This document shows positions 9,282 to 19,654 of a DNA stretch of 35,599 nt, piece by piece. The position numbers were made by a program, and so were the translations under genes. Position 1 is the stretch's first letter. Every line of letters begins with the position of its first letter. Under the pieces are notes generated by a model. That model had not been told where the DNA came from and ran no database searches. It saw only the letters and a program-made list of their open reading frames with translations. This stretch comes from Blastocatellia bacterium (GTDB lineage: Bacteria; Acidobacteriota; Blastocatellia; RBC074): assembly GCA_031423535.1 (NCBI GenBank), contig JANPFS010001334.1:1-35599 (forward strand), written 5' to 3'.

Positions 9282-10668
9282 TCTGTTCGATTGGTCCGTA
9301 GCCTTCTTCCACTAAATGGAAATTGCGTCCTAGTGCTCGGAACTTCATCTTCTTATGATCGAGGCCCATCTGCTTCAGGATCGTGGCATGGAGGTCGCTG
9401 TAATAGTGCGGGTTCTCTACGGCCTTGTAGCCGTACTCGTCCGTCGCTCCGTGGACTGTGCCGCCTTTGATGCCGCCCCCGGCAAGCCATGAACTATAGC
9501 CCTTCGGATTGTGGTCGCGGCCGGTTGTATTTTGCGACCAAGGGCTGCGGCCGAACTCACTCGTAAATACCACCAGCGTTCGCTGCAACATACCGCGCTG
9601 CTTCAAATCCTGGATCAACCCGGCGATCGGCTTGTCCACTGACCGGCACAGCGGCTCATGGGTCTTCATGTCGCCATGGGCGTCCCAACTGCCATTGCCT
9701 CCGCCAGCGTGGCAGATCTGTACGAAGCGGACGCCGTTCTCGACCAAGCGCCGGGCCATTAACAATTGACGGCCAAACTCGTCGGTCGGCTTCTCGCCGA
9801 TGCCGTAGAGATTCAGGACGTGCTGCGGTTCTTTCGAGAGGTCTACGACCCCGGGCGCACTAAGCTGCATGCGGGCCGCAAGCTCATAGGAGCCGATGCG
9901 GGCGGCGATGTCGGTATCGAGCGCATGCCGCTCACGGAATTCGCGGTTCAAGAGCGCAAGAGCTTCCATCTGCTTGTCACGCTCGACGGCATTGCTGCTG
10001 GCCGGCGGCTTCAGGTTCGGGATGGGAACGGGGCCCGCCTGAAACGGCGTGGCCGCGTAGGCGGCACCCAAATAGCCGCCAGTCAATTGTACGGGCGAAG
10101 AGGGGCGGCCAACATTGACGTAGGTGGGCAGATTCTTGTTGCCGGAGCCGAGTGCGTAGGATACCCAACTGCCAAAAGAGGGATTGTCGAAGGCACGACC
10201 GCGATGGCCAGTCTGCGTTTCGATGACGGCCGGGAAGTGATTGCCTTCCTGGCACCACATGGAACGGACGACCGCAATGTCGTCGATAACGCCGCCGACG
10301 TTGGGAAACCAGTCGGAGACGGGCGTGCCGGATTGACCGTAATTCTTGAACGTTCGCAGGCAGGGGATGACCGGACGCTTCATCTCCGCGACGTTGTCGC
10401 CGAAGCCGATGGCGTCTATCAATTTGCCGGCGTGTTTGTTGCCCTTTGGGTCGAAGGTGTCTATGTGGCTCACGCCGCCGCACATGAAAAGAAAGATAAC
10501 CGCATCGGCTTTTTTATCGCCGGGCAAACGGGCGTTGAGCTTCCCATCTTCGGCCCAAAGCGTGCCGATAGCGCCGCCCATCAGAGCGCCGAAAGACTGG
10601 TGCAACATATGGCGGCGCGAGATTCGGCCGCACGGATAAAGATTCTGATCAGCCGTATTTATTGCCAT
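9271..10668 (-). CDS. DUF1501 domain protein (sulfatase-like, Tat signal)
   Basis: ISRRHML, VIFLFMCGGVSHIDTFDPK, ARRLVENGVRFVQ, WDAH, SEFGRSP, GRDH. Start placed at ATG 10668 just after the upstream stop. Confidence 0.92.
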   Translation of the reverse strand: MAINTADQNLYPCGRISRRHMLHQSFGALMGGAIGTLWAEDGKLNARLPGDKKADAVIFLFMCGGVSHIDTFDPKGNKHAGKLIDAIGFGDNVAEMKRPVIPCLRTFKNYGQSGTPVSDWFPNVGGVIDDIAVVRSMWCQEGNHFPAVIETQTGHRGRAFDNPSFGSWVSYALGSGNKNLPTYVNVGRPSSPVQLTGGYLGAAYAATPFQAGPVPIPNLKPPASSNAVERDKQMEALALLNREFRERHALDTDIAARIGSYELAARMQLSAPGVVDLSKEPQHVLNLYGIGEKPTDEFGRQLLMARRLVENGVRFVQICHAGGGNGSWDAHGDMKTHEPLCRSVDKPIAGLIQDLKQRGMLQRTLVVFTSEFGRSPWSQNTTGRDHNPKGYSSWLAGGGIKGGTVHGATDEYGYKAVENPHYYSDLHATILKQMGLDHKKMKFRALGRNFHLVEEGYGPIEQIIA

Positions 10669-10670
10669 AT

Positions 10671-12896
10671 TTATTGTATGTAAATGAACTCGTCTAAATT
10701 GAAAATCAACCACGCAAGGTCCTTCAGACGATTTGGATCGGCACCGACATAGGTCAGCGCGTTACCCTTTTCGCCAGGAGAAGGAGGCCGCCCGAGCGCG
10801 ATGCAATAGGCGAGTTCCACAGCCTTGCTGAGATCGCCTTCGCTTTCCTTCTTAATGCGCTCGGCGAACATCGTGGTGGCCTTCTCAATCTCCGGGCTGT
10901 TCATCATGAAGAGGCCTTGCGGCGCAGTGACGGTTTGCGTGCGCACCGGGCACGGAGCGCGTCCGTCATCCACATCGAAGGATTGCAGGAAATTGGGCAC
11001 AACCTCACGGCTGGTAGAAAAGCCACGAATGATATACGCGCCACGCCGATTCATCTTGGCTTCAGCGGTTGCTTCACCCATGCCTGCGCCGCCACGGCCA
11101 CGCGGGTTACGAGCCTCAATATCAAAGGAAGGCCCGCCCAAGGTGGTATCGAGGTTGCCCGCGGCGATGAGGATCGAATCCCAGATCGGCTCGGCCTCCA
11201 AACGTTGCAGGCGGAAGCTCCACAGGTAACGCTGCAAAGGATCAAGCTCCAGATTCTTCTTCATCACCTCTTTGTCGCCGGAGCTGGCCAGGCGATAGAC
11301 GTTCGAGGTCATCATCAGCTTGTGCATCGCTTTTTGGCTGTAGCCGCGCGCGATGAACTCGGCAGCGAGCCAATCGAGCAGCGGCTGGCTCACTGGAGCG
11401 CCGCCCAGGAAGCCGAAATCGCTCGGCGACTTATGCAAGCCTTCGCCGAAATGCCATTGCCACAAACGATTCACCGCCACGCGGCCAAAGAGCGGATTCT
11501 CCTTGTTGGTGAGCCAATCGGAAAACGCTTCGACGCGGCCTTCGCGGAAGTCTTTCGTACCGGTGTAAAAAGGCCAGCCGGGTTCAACCGGGTGGTTCTT
11601 TTCCGGCCGCTCCGGGTCGCCGCTGGTGAGGATGTAGCTCTTTTCGAGTTCCAGCCCGCGATCAACCTCTACCGTCCAGAAGGCCGGCAGGTCCCTGACC
11701 CGCTTGCCCGTCACCTGATTCAACTTGGCGCGCAGTTCCTTGAAGGTCTTCATGTCGGCTTCCGACATGACCTCTTCGATCTTTTCGGGATCAATGCGGA
11801 GCACGGGGAAATAGTCGTCGGCGATCTTTTGCTCGGCCGGTGTGCGTTGCTTTTCCGCTTTGTTGATGACGGCCTGAATGTCGGCCGGCAGCATTGCCAC
11901 GCGGTTAGCATAGAGCTTGGCGCGGTAAGGTTCGGTCAGAGCCGTGATCGGTTTTTCGGCGGCGATCCGAAGCTTTTCGTTCTCCCCAAACTGCTGGCCG
12001 TAAACCACCAATTCAGCCGGCGTGGCCAGGGTCTGCTTCTTGATCACGAGCGGATCGAAGAGCGCCTTCATGGCGTAGAAATCCTTCTGCCGGATCGGAT
12101 CAAACATGTGGTCGTGACACTTGGCGCAGCCAACCGTCATCCCCATGAAGGCCGTGGAGACGGTTTCGACCGCGGAGATTTGCAGTTCGCCCAAGTCCTT
12201 GCTGTCCCGGTTGACGGCGCCGCGCGCGAGGAAGCCGAGGGCGAACAGATCGTCAGGGCGGCGCTCCAGCGGAGTGCGGCGGCCAACGTTCTGCATGGTG
12301 GTGCGTTCGGTCGTGCGATAGCCGGTCAGTTGGGCGCGGACAAATTGGTCGTAGGGCACATCAGAGTTGATGGCGTTGATCACCCAATCGCGCCAGTAAT
12401 GAATCCCAGGCGCGGCGTACATGCGCTCTTCGGCGTCGGCGTAGCGCAGTACATCGAGCCAATGGCGGCCATAGCGGACGCCGTATTGCTCGCTGGCCAA
12501 AAGGCGGTCAATCAGCTTTTCATAAGCGTCGGGCGATTTGTCGTTGAGGTAAGCGTCCTGTTCGGCTGGCGTCGGTGGAATGCCGATGAGATCCATGTAG
12601 ACGCGGCGCATGAGCGTGCGCTGGTCAGCGGGGCCAACCGGCGTCACTTTCTTGGCGACGTACAGCGCCTGGACGAAGGCATCGATCGGGTTCGTGCCTG
12701 CCGGCGCCGCAGGGACGGCCGGGCGCACCGGAGGCTTCAAGGACCAAAGATCGGGAAAGTCATCGAGCGACGGCGTCACGGGCATCTTGGGCTTTTGGGC
12801 GGACACCACTGGCATTGTCGGCAGGTCAAAGGCACAAGCAATAAAGCCGGCCGCCGCCAGTAAAACTGCAAGAACCTTGATTTTAAAGCGCATCAA
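10671..12896 (-). CDS. DUF1549/DUF1553 (PSD1-type) protein
   Basis: NPIDAFV, RRVYMDLIGIPPT, GRHWLDVLRYAD, CAKCHDH, VNRLWQWHFGEG, LLDWLA, RLEAEPIWDSIL; usual partner of DUF1501. Confidence 0.92.
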   Translation of the reverse strand: MMRFKIKVLAVLLAAAGFIACAFDLPTMPVVSAQKPKMPVTPSLDDFPDLWSLKPPVRPAVPAAPAGTNPIDAFVQALYVAKKVTPVGPADQRTLMRRVYMDLIGIPPTPAEQDAYLNDKSPDAYEKLIDRLLASEQYGVRYGRHWLDVLRYADAEERMYAAPGIHYWRDWVINAINSDVPYDQFVRAQLTGYRTTERTTMQNVGRRTPLERRPDDLFALGFLARGAVNRDSKDLGELQISAVETVSTAFMGMTVGCAKCHDHMFDPIRQKDFYAMKALFDPLVIKKQTLATPAELVVYGQQFGENEKLRIAAEKPITALTEPYRAKLYANRVAMLPADIQAVINKAEKQRTPAEQKIADDYFPVLRIDPEKIEEVMSEADMKTFKELRAKLNQVTGKRVRDLPAFWTVEVDRGLELEKSYILTSGDPERPEKNHPVEPGWPFYTGTKDFREGRVEAFSDWLTNKENPLFGRVAVNRLWQWHFGEGLHKSPSDFGFLGGAPVSQPLLDWLAAEFIARGYSQKAMHKLMMTSNVYRLASSGDKEVMKKNLELDPLQRYLWSFRLQRLEAEPIWDSILIAAGNLDTTLGGPSFDIEARNPRGRGGAGMGEATAEAKMNRRGAYIIRGFSTSREVVPNFLQSFDVDDGRAPCPVRTQTVTAPQGLFMMNSPEIEKATTMFAERIKKESEGDLSKAVELAYCIALGRPPSPGEKGNALTYVGADPNRLKDLAWLIFNLDEFIYIQ

Positions 12897-12927
12897 GATG
12901 ACTCCAATATAGAATAGCCAGAATACG

Positions 12928-12987
12928 TTTAACGCAAAGATACGAAGGAATAAGGACTAGTTCTATCTCTTGTTACTTTGCGTTGAA
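12928..12987. repeat. Intergenic REP-like hairpin
   Basis: TTTAACGCAAAG (12928-12939) pairs with CTTTGCGTTGAA (12976-12987), one G-U pair. Confidence 0.5.
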
Positions 12988-13047
12988 ATCTTAACTTAGC
13001 CCACGTCTACAGTAGACGCCGACGCGAGCCACATGGATACGAGCTTA

Positions 13048-14289
13048 TCAATCGATGACGGCGGCGGCGACCATCTCCAGGACCCGTCGAACGCCGTCAT
13101 CCGTGCCGATGGGACCATCGTTGAACTGGCTGCGTAGCGGGGGCTTCCACCCGTCACGCGACCCATCGTAAGGGTAGTCCTGCTTAAGGTCGGTACGCGC
13201 CGGATCGTATTGCCCGTCGTCGCCCGCCATCTTGTAAATCACCAGGTCGAGCGAGGGGACAACAATGACGCCGTAACCGCCGCCGCCGGACTTAAAGAAC
13301 GCGTCCTTCGGAGCGCCCGCGACATGGCCATCAGCATTGTTTTCCCACATGAGGCTCAGGGGAGCGTGGGCATTCCACTTGGTCGGCTTGCCGCACATTT
13401 CGATGTAGTCGGCTGGAATCACTTGCTCCTTCCCCCAACGGCCTTTCTTCAAGATGGCGTAGAGGAAGCGCAGGTGATCGGTCGAGCGCAAAGCGATGTC
13501 CGCGCCGCCCGGGGTATGGGGTAGAACATTTTCGCCACGGCGCATGGCCCAGGCCCATTGGCCCCAGCCAAGCGGTTTCGCTAAACGCAGATCAATGTAC
13601 TCGTGCATCTCCATGCCTGTGAGGTTCCGCAGGACGATGGACGCCACGTGTGGCGAGGCCGAAGCGTAAGAGTAGCCGCCGCCGGGTTTAGTCCAGAGGG
13701 GAGTGCGCAGGGCATTCAGGTCTTGGCCGAGCGGCGTCGCGGGACGCGGCACGGGAGTGAGTTTGACGGACGGGACGCCGTCAACGAAGCCGGGGTTGCT
13801 GCCCTCGCCGTGCAAACCCGCAGACATGGAAAGCAACTGGCCCAGGGTGATGTCGGCCTTGGCCGGATCATCCAAAGGCATGGCCTCCGGCAGGTACTTG
13901 GCGTTGAAGACCTTGGTATCGAGCCCTTCAGGAATCTGGGCTTTCTTCTCGGCCAGCATGATACCGCAGGCGATGCTCGTATAAGCCTTACCCACTGAAG
14001 CGGTGGCGGGGTTGGCTTCACGATTACCGCGACCGTAATAACGCTCATACACCAACCATCCGTGGCGCGCCACCAGCAAGCCGCCGTGTTGGCTGCTGCG
14101 GGAAGCATACTCGAAGGCTTGGTCGAGTTTTTTCAAATCCATGCCCGCTGTCTTCTTGATCGCGGCGGCGTCTTTTAGCGTGCGCCAGCCGCCAGCACTG
14201 TCGGGCTTGGGAAAGTAATCTTCCCCAAGCCCGACAGCAGCAAACCCGACAGTGGCGGTCGCCAATACGATTAGAACCAGGTAGCGCAT
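13048..14289 (-). CDS. Serine hydrolase, beta-lactamase/CubicO family
   Basis: SxxK (SVGK), ITLGQLLSMSAG, YxS (YAS), signal peptide. Confidence 0.88.
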   Translation of the reverse strand: MRYLVLIVLATATVGFAAVGLGEDYFPKPDSAGGWRTLKDAAAIKKTAGMDLKKLDQAFEYASRSSQHGGLLVARHGWLVYERYYGRGNREANPATASVGKAYTSIACGIMLAEKKAQIPEGLDTKVFNAKYLPEAMPLDDPAKADITLGQLLSMSAGLHGEGSNPGFVDGVPSVKLTPVPRPATPLGQDLNALRTPLWTKPGGGYSYASASPHVASIVLRNLTGMEMHEYIDLRLAKPLGWGQWAWAMRRGENVLPHTPGGADIALRSTDHLRFLYAILKKGRWGKEQVIPADYIEMCGKPTKWNAHAPLSLMWENNADGHVAGAPKDAFFKSGGGGYGVIVVPSLDLVIYKMAGDDGQYDPARTDLKQDYPYDGSRDGWKPPLRSQFNDGPIGTDDGVRRVLEMVAAAVID

Positions 14290-14291
14290 AG

Positions 14292-17200
14292 TTAGAAGCT
14301 CACTCGCAAGCTAAATTGCAGGTTGCGGGGCAAGTTCGACTGCGGATTCGAGAAGGTACCGAAGTTCGCATTGTTAATCGCCGTATTCAGCCCGCCCAAC
14401 AAGTGACGATTGGCGACGTTAAAAGCCGAAGCTCGAAATTCGATGATGTTCTTCTCGCTTTGACCGAAGTGGATGTTCTTGCTGGCGGCCACGTCCTCGC
14501 CCAGTTGATTCGGCTGATACAGATTCGGAATCACGGCGGGCACGTTGCCGTAGGTAAAGTTTGACGGCTGCACAAAGGCGGCTCTGTTCAGATAGGGGCT
14601 AAGCGGATTCGTCGGGTCGAAGTTGGGGTTTAGCAGCGGCTGGCCAGGGACGTAGTTGCAACGGGCCGCGCCTGCGCCCGCCATAGTCTGGCTGCAACCA
14701 CCGACGCCGATGGGCGTACCGCTCTGGTAGCGGTGGACTGCCGAAACGGTCCAGCCGCCGACGATGGCATTGAGCGCCGGGTGCATATTGGCGCCGAAGG
14801 CCTTGCCCTTGCCCAGCGGCAATTCGTAGACGTAACCCAAGGTGAATACGTGGGGACGATTGTTGCCGCTGACGACCTTTTCCGTTAGGGCGGCATAAAT
14901 GTTCTGACCGTTCTGACTGACCAGGGTCTTGGAGAACGTGTAAGCAGTCATCAGCCAGAGACCCCTGGAATAACGCTTTTGGGCGCTAAGTTCCAGACCA
15001 TTGTAGGTGCTGTGACCGGACTGCGTAGCCACCGAGCCGAAGCCGCTGTACTGCGGGAACGGGCGCAGCGCCTGTTGGAGCTGCAGATTCTGGGGGAAGC
15101 TGGCATAAGGCAGCTTAAAGCCCGCCGCCACCACGACTGGGTTGTTGATGACCGAGCTAACCGGGCTGGTGAGCAAGGGGCCGTAGATGGCGAAGTACTT
15201 CGGGTCGAGCTGGTTCAAATCCAGGCCGGCCTGATAGATCTTGATGCCGTAATTGGCGTGGAAGCTGGCGCGCAGCAGGGTGGAAGGCGTCAGGCTGTGC
15301 TCCACAGTAAGGTTGTAGTCGGTGTAGTAACCGGGCTTGCCGGATTCGCGCGTCTTGTACGTAACGCTGCCATTGACGCCCAGTCCCGGATTCTTCTGGG
15401 GTGGACGCTGCCCTTCGACCAAAGCGCGGAAGTCACCAAGGCCATTCTTTTGCGTGAAGGAGATGCCGTTGGACAGGCTGTTGGCGACTGAGCCGAAACC
15501 GCCGCCAAAGCCCTGGATTCCGTTGTCGGCATTGCCGTCTTCACGGATGATATCGTACATAATCGCGCCGCCGCCGCGGATGACCGTCTTGTCGTTGAGT
15601 TGATAAGCAAAGCCCAGGCGCGGAGCGAAAGCGTTCTTGCGGACATCGAGCAGGACTGGATTATCCTTGGATGCAAATTCCAGTGCGCCCAGGATGCCGC
15701 CGGCGGAAGGATTCGGGATCGTTGGATTGAAGTTGCTGTTCTGCAAGCGCGCTTCCCGGCGCGGAATGCTTACGTCGTAACGAAGACCAGCGTTGATGCT
15801 GAGCTTGTTGTTGATCTTGAAGTCATCTTGGACGTATCCGGCATAGTACTTATAGCGGAAGTCGATGTCGGCGCCAAAGTTGAAGGAGCCGCCGCTCGGC
15901 AACCCCAACAGGAATGCTGCGTACCCGATGCCGGTTTGACCGCTCACGCTGGGGTTCCCGGTAGCCGCGGCGCTATAGCTCAACGAGCCGCCGCAGTTGT
16001 TACAGTCGATACGACGGTAACTCACGTCCATATAGGTGAAGCCAAACTTGAGATTATGGCGACCCTTCACCCACGATAGCTGATCGGTGAAATTGAAGGT
16101 GCGACCGGGGGACGAAGTATTGACGTGGCCGCCATAGTTCCCGAACTCGGTGTTGTACTTCGTGTAGTTGGTCGCCTTCTCAGCGCCGGAACCAGTCAGG
16201 CCCGGTAGCAGAGTGGCCTGACGGTAGGAGTCAGGCAAGCCAAGGTTCGGCCCTTCTCCTAACTTGCGCTGGTTGAGCCCGACGGTGATGTGGTTGAGCA
16301 GAGTCGGGCTAATCGTGTAATCGGCGTTGAAGCGCCAGTAACGGACATGGCCGAATTCCTGGAAGGCCTCAGCCAGCGGGCCCGGAATCGGTCCAACCAG
16401 CGGATAGCTATCAAAGTATTGCTTGCTGAACATGCCATTCACGCGCAGCTTGTCGCTAACAGCGTGATCGACCTTGATGGAATAAACACCCTGCCAAGCG
16501 CCTGGTGTACGCGAGCCGTTATTGCGCGCGCGGGTGTTGTTGAAGACGGTCGAGGGATTGTCGGGCAGGGGCAGGTAGGCAAAGATCGCTTTCGCCACAG
16601 GATTGATGCGGTCAGGACAGAGGACGTTCAAAACACCGTTGCACTGCAGACGTAGGCGGCTGGCGGCGTTGGCGATCACGTTGCCATTGGCGTCAAGTGG
16701 ATCGTACAAAGGCACCACCTGGCCGGCGGCGTTGGTGTAGCGGCGGAAGTCCCCGTTGCGGAAGTCCGCGATTGGCAGGGAGATCAAGCTAGTGCTGCTG
16801 TAGTTCTTGGCGCGCGAACGCTCGCCGGCGAAGAAGAAGAATGTTTTGTTGCGGCCATCGTAGCCGAGCGGCCCGAAGACACTCTTCGGGAGGTAGATAG
16901 GGCCACCGAGGTTGACGGCTTCGACGTGCTGGCGTTGCACCGATTCGCCGCGCGGACCGAAGAAGAATCCCTTGGCGTTCAATTTTTCGTGGCGCAGTTG
17001 GGCCAGGAAGGAACCGTGCAGCGCGTTAGTGCCGGACTTGGTGGTGTAGTTGAGCACACCATTGGATGCGCGGCCGAATTCGGCGGAGTAGGCGGAGGTT
17101 TGAACCTTGAACTCTTCCACGGCTTCGGCGCTGACCACACGCATCTGCGGATCATTGCGGCGTTCGCTCATTGATTCGCCGCCATCAACGAGGAGGCTGG

Positions 17201-17768
17201 CGCCGTTGGCCTGGCCGCCTGCGATCCGGGGCGCGCCGCCGACGGTATCAGGGTCGTTCTGTAAGTTCATCGTGACGCCCGGCGCGAGACTGGTGAATGC
17301 CAGGTTGCTGCGCAGGCCGCCATTGATAAAGAGGGGCAACTGTTGAATGGCCTTGTTGTCCACAACCGTCCCTAAGTCGCTACGGTCGGTCTGCAGCAGC
17401 GGGGTGGTGGATTCCACCTGGACTGTCTCCTGGACTGCGCCCAACTCCATTTTGATGTCGAGGCGTGTCGTGGTGCTCACCTGCACGATCACGTTGTTGG
17501 CTTGCGCTTTACGAAAGCCCGCCTTTTCGGCGCTGACCTCATAGCGGCCGGCAGTGAGCGAGAGGAAGGTATAGGTGCCTTCTGAATTGGTCTCCACCGT
17601 CACCATCTGACCCGTGGCCGGATTGACGAGGGTGACACGCGCACTGGGTACGACGGCTTCAGAAGTGTCTACTACCTGACCGGTGATTATTCCGCGATCC
17701 TGTGCGCTCACCAGCGCATAGGGCGTTAATAGCATCAACATAAAAACAACTTGGTATCTTAAGTTCAC
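14292..17768 (-). CDS. TonB-dependent receptor (Oar-like) with carboxypeptidase regulatory-like N-domain
   Basis: ITGQVVDTSEAVVP, EEFKVQTSAYSAEFGR, TKSGTN, YVQDDFK, FAPRLGFAY, C-terminal PRNLQFSLRVSF. Confidence 0.95.
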   Translation of the reverse strand: MNLRYQVVFMLMLLTPYALVSAQDRGIITGQVVDTSEAVVPSARVTLVNPATGQMVTVETNSEGTYTFLSLTAGRYEVSAEKAGFRKAQANNVIVQVSTTTRLDIKMELGAVQETVQVESTTPLLQTDRSDLGTVVDNKAIQQLPLFINGGLRSNLAFTSLAPGVTMNLQNDPDTVGGAPRIAGGQANGASLLVDGGESMSERRNDPQMRVVSAEAVEEFKVQTSAYSAEFGRASNGVLNYTTKSGTNALHGSFLAQLRHEKLNAKGFFFGPRGESVQRQHVEAVNLGGPIYLPKSVFGPLGYDGRNKTFFFFAGERSRAKNYSSTSLISLPIADFRNGDFRRYTNAAGQVVPLYDPLDANGNVIANAASRLRLQCNGVLNVLCPDRINPVAKAIFAYLPLPDNPSTVFNNTRARNNGSRTPGAWQGVYSIKVDHAVSDKLRVNGMFSKQYFDSYPLVGPIPGPLAEAFQEFGHVRYWRFNADYTISPTLLNHITVGLNQRKLGEGPNLGLPDSYRQATLLPGLTGSGAEKATNYTKYNTEFGNYGGHVNTSSPGRTFNFTDQLSWVKGRHNLKFGFTYMDVSYRRIDCNNCGGSLSYSAAATGNPSVSGQTGIGYAAFLLGLPSGGSFNFGADIDFRYKYYAGYVQDDFKINNKLSINAGLRYDVSIPRREARLQNSNFNPTIPNPSAGGILGALEFASKDNPVLLDVRKNAFAPRLGFAYQLNDKTVIRGGGAIMYDIIREDGNADNGIQGFGGGFGSVANSLSNGISFTQKNGLGDFRALVEGQRPPQKNPGLGVNGSVTYKTRESGKPGYYTDYNLTVEHSLTPSTLLRASFHANYGIKIYQAGLDLNQLDPKYFAIYGPLLTSPVSSVINNPVVVAAGFKLPYASFPQNLQLQQALRPFPQYSGFGSVATQSGHSTYNGLELSAQKRYSRGLWLMTAYTFSKTLVSQNGQNIYAALTEKVVSGNNRPHVFTLGYVYELPLGKGKAFGANMHPALNAIVGGWTVSAVHRYQSGTPIGVGGCSQTMAGAGAARCNYVPGQPLLNPNFDPTNPLSPYLNRAAFVQPSNFTYGNVPAVIPNLYQPNQLGEDVAASKNIHFGQSEKNIIEFRASAFNVANRHLLGGLNTAINNANFGTFSNPQSNLPRNLQFSLRVSF

Positions 17769-17983
17769 AATTATCTCCTGACGGTTAGTATAGATATCCT
17801 TCTAGTCCAGTCGTTCGAGGTCTACGGGCGCAATGCTGGCCCGTAAGGACTCCGACAAGGTCCAAGTAATTGCCGACGTTGAAAAAATCTCTCGTGATCG
17901 ATAGATTTTCCCTAACAAAAACGTTTGTATCGGAGCTTATATCACCTCTGAACGTTGTGGGAAATACCTCAGAGCAACTATCT

Positions 17984-19644
17984 CAGACTTGACCGGAGAA
18001 TAAGAAAGCAGAGTGGTGAGATGGCAGCCTGAGCTTCCATGCTGAGCTTGCTCCAGGCCTCGCACGCACTTCACCTAGCAGGGCGCGGCTCTGGCCTGTC
18101 CGCCCGCTTGGCTCGGCGGTGCGATCTCTGCAAAGATCATCACTCTCTGGGCGCTCCCTCCTCAGCGGGCTTGGTCAGTTGCCGACGAGACTCGGCAGCG
18201 CTCTGTTTTCTCCCGCGCTCCCAGCGAGCACCAAGAAGATCACATCACACCATTCTTTCCATCTTCTCTTGACGGCTCCTCTTTCTTCGCGCTTCAGCAA
18301 GTAACGACAGCGCAAGAGCGAGACCAGATTGTAGGCCATCAACCGCAGCAGCCCCAGCACCCTAATCCCCAGCCCTTGTCCGCACCAGACCTTGGTGTCT
18401 TCATCCCAGATCACATCCAGCGTCCAGTTGCAATTGTTCTCGATGCCCCAGTGCGCGCGCACCACCAGCAGAATCTGCGGTGGCTTGAAGCGTCCCCAGT
18501 GGAGGTTCGTCACGTAGTAACGATTCTCACACTCTACTGCCCCCGTCTGGCCCCGGATGATCTCCTTCTCCACACGCCAGACCTGCTTGAGATGACTCCA
18601 CTCGAGATAGCCTTCCAGTTCCGCCGTGCGATAGAGATGAGAGCGGATCAAGTCGCCTTGATAACGCTCCCACGCGGTACTGATCTCCGGCACGGTTTGT
18701 GCTCCAAGCCACCGCTCAGCTTCTCTCAGCAGTTCCGGCTGATTCCCTTTGAGCCCAAAGATATAGCCCTTCTGCGCCGCAGCGACGCGGCGCGCGTTGG
18801 CCTCCGAACAAAAACCGGCATCCAGCGAGTAGACTTCGATCAGCGCTCCATAGTTGCCCTCCAACACGCGCAAGACGGCAGGGAAAATCCCACTCTCATT
18901 GGTCCGCGCGGGGATCACGACCTGATCGATGGCCGGTTTGGAAGCTGCCGAGATCAAGACCGTCCGCACCGCACGCAGAGTAGCATAAGCCGGTCGACCT
19001 GGCGGATGGATGACCTGCGCTTGCGGGTCTTTGGCTTCTTCCGGCGCCCCGCTCCACAAAGTCTTGTTGTCCACGGCCGCCACCCCGCACGGCAAGCCGA
19101 CCGGCACCAGCGATTTGCTCCGCTCGTCGCTCTTGACTTGCGCGTGCAGTTGGTCGCGCAACTGCTCCACCTCCTGCTCCCCAAACTGACCCACCAAATC
19201 ATAGAGCGTCGAGTCCGGCACTCGCTTAGCACAGCCCATCTCAGTCATCGTCTCCACGTTGCGCAAGCTGCTGCGGTTGGTCAGAAAGCCAAACAGCAGG
19301 CTCCCCATCAGGGTCGCAAACTTCCAGCGCCGTCCCTTTTTCTGTCGTGGGTCGGTGACAAAGCGGTTGAAATCCCAAGCCGGTTTGTCTAACATTCGTC
19401 GTAGGAAATGCCCCGCTCTGGCGAGTAATTTCCGGAAAGGTTTTGTCATAAGCACCTCCTGGATTGAAACCAATTCTGTTGGTCACGCTCGCTGATGAGG
19501 GAGCAACAGAAGTCTTTTAACCCAGGAGGTGCTGTTTTGGTTGCGAATTTACGACCCGCTTTTTTTCACCCTCGCACGATTGCTATGCCATAGCCAATTC
19601 AAGGCTTTCCGGCGACTACTTTTTTCGATTACCGGTCAAGTCTG
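17984..19644 (-). mobile_element. Complete ISAs1-family insertion sequence
   Basis: 13-bp perfect terminal IR CAGACTTGACCGG (17984-17996 / 19632-19644); 11-bp target duplication AGCAACTATCT (17973-17983 / 19645-19655). Confidence 0.92.
18175..19449 (-). CDS. ISAs1-family DDE transposase
   Basis: AVDNKTL, NE, SLDAG, LKGNQPEL, RYYVTNL, RAHWGIENNCNWTLDVIWDED. Start at ATG 19449 behind AGGAGG. Confidence 0.92.
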   Translation of the reverse strand: MTKPFRKLLARAGHFLRRMLDKPAWDFNRFVTDPRQKKGRRWKFATLMGSLLFGFLTNRSSLRNVETMTEMGCAKRVPDSTLYDLVGQFGEQEVEQLRDQLHAQVKSDERSKSLVPVGLPCGVAAVDNKTLWSGAPEEAKDPQAQVIHPPGRPAYATLRAVRTVLISAASKPAIDQVVIPARTNESGIFPAVLRVLEGNYGALIEVYSLDAGFCSEANARRVAAAQKGYIFGLKGNQPELLREAERWLGAQTVPEISTAWERYQGDLIRSHLYRTAELEGYLEWSHLKQVWRVEKEIIRGQTGAVECENRYYVTNLHWGRFKPPQILLVVRAHWGIENNCNWTLDVIWDEDTKVWCGQGLGIRVLGLLRLMAYNLVSLLRCRYLLKREERGAVKRRWKEWCDVIFLVLAGSAGENRALPSLVGN

Positions 19645-19654
19645 AGCAACTATC

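Noticed and set aside
10917-12863. 648-aa plus-strand ORF (also 9766-10683 and 18376-19392)
   Set aside because: Antisense shadows of well-supported minus-strand genes in GC-rich DNA; no motifs.
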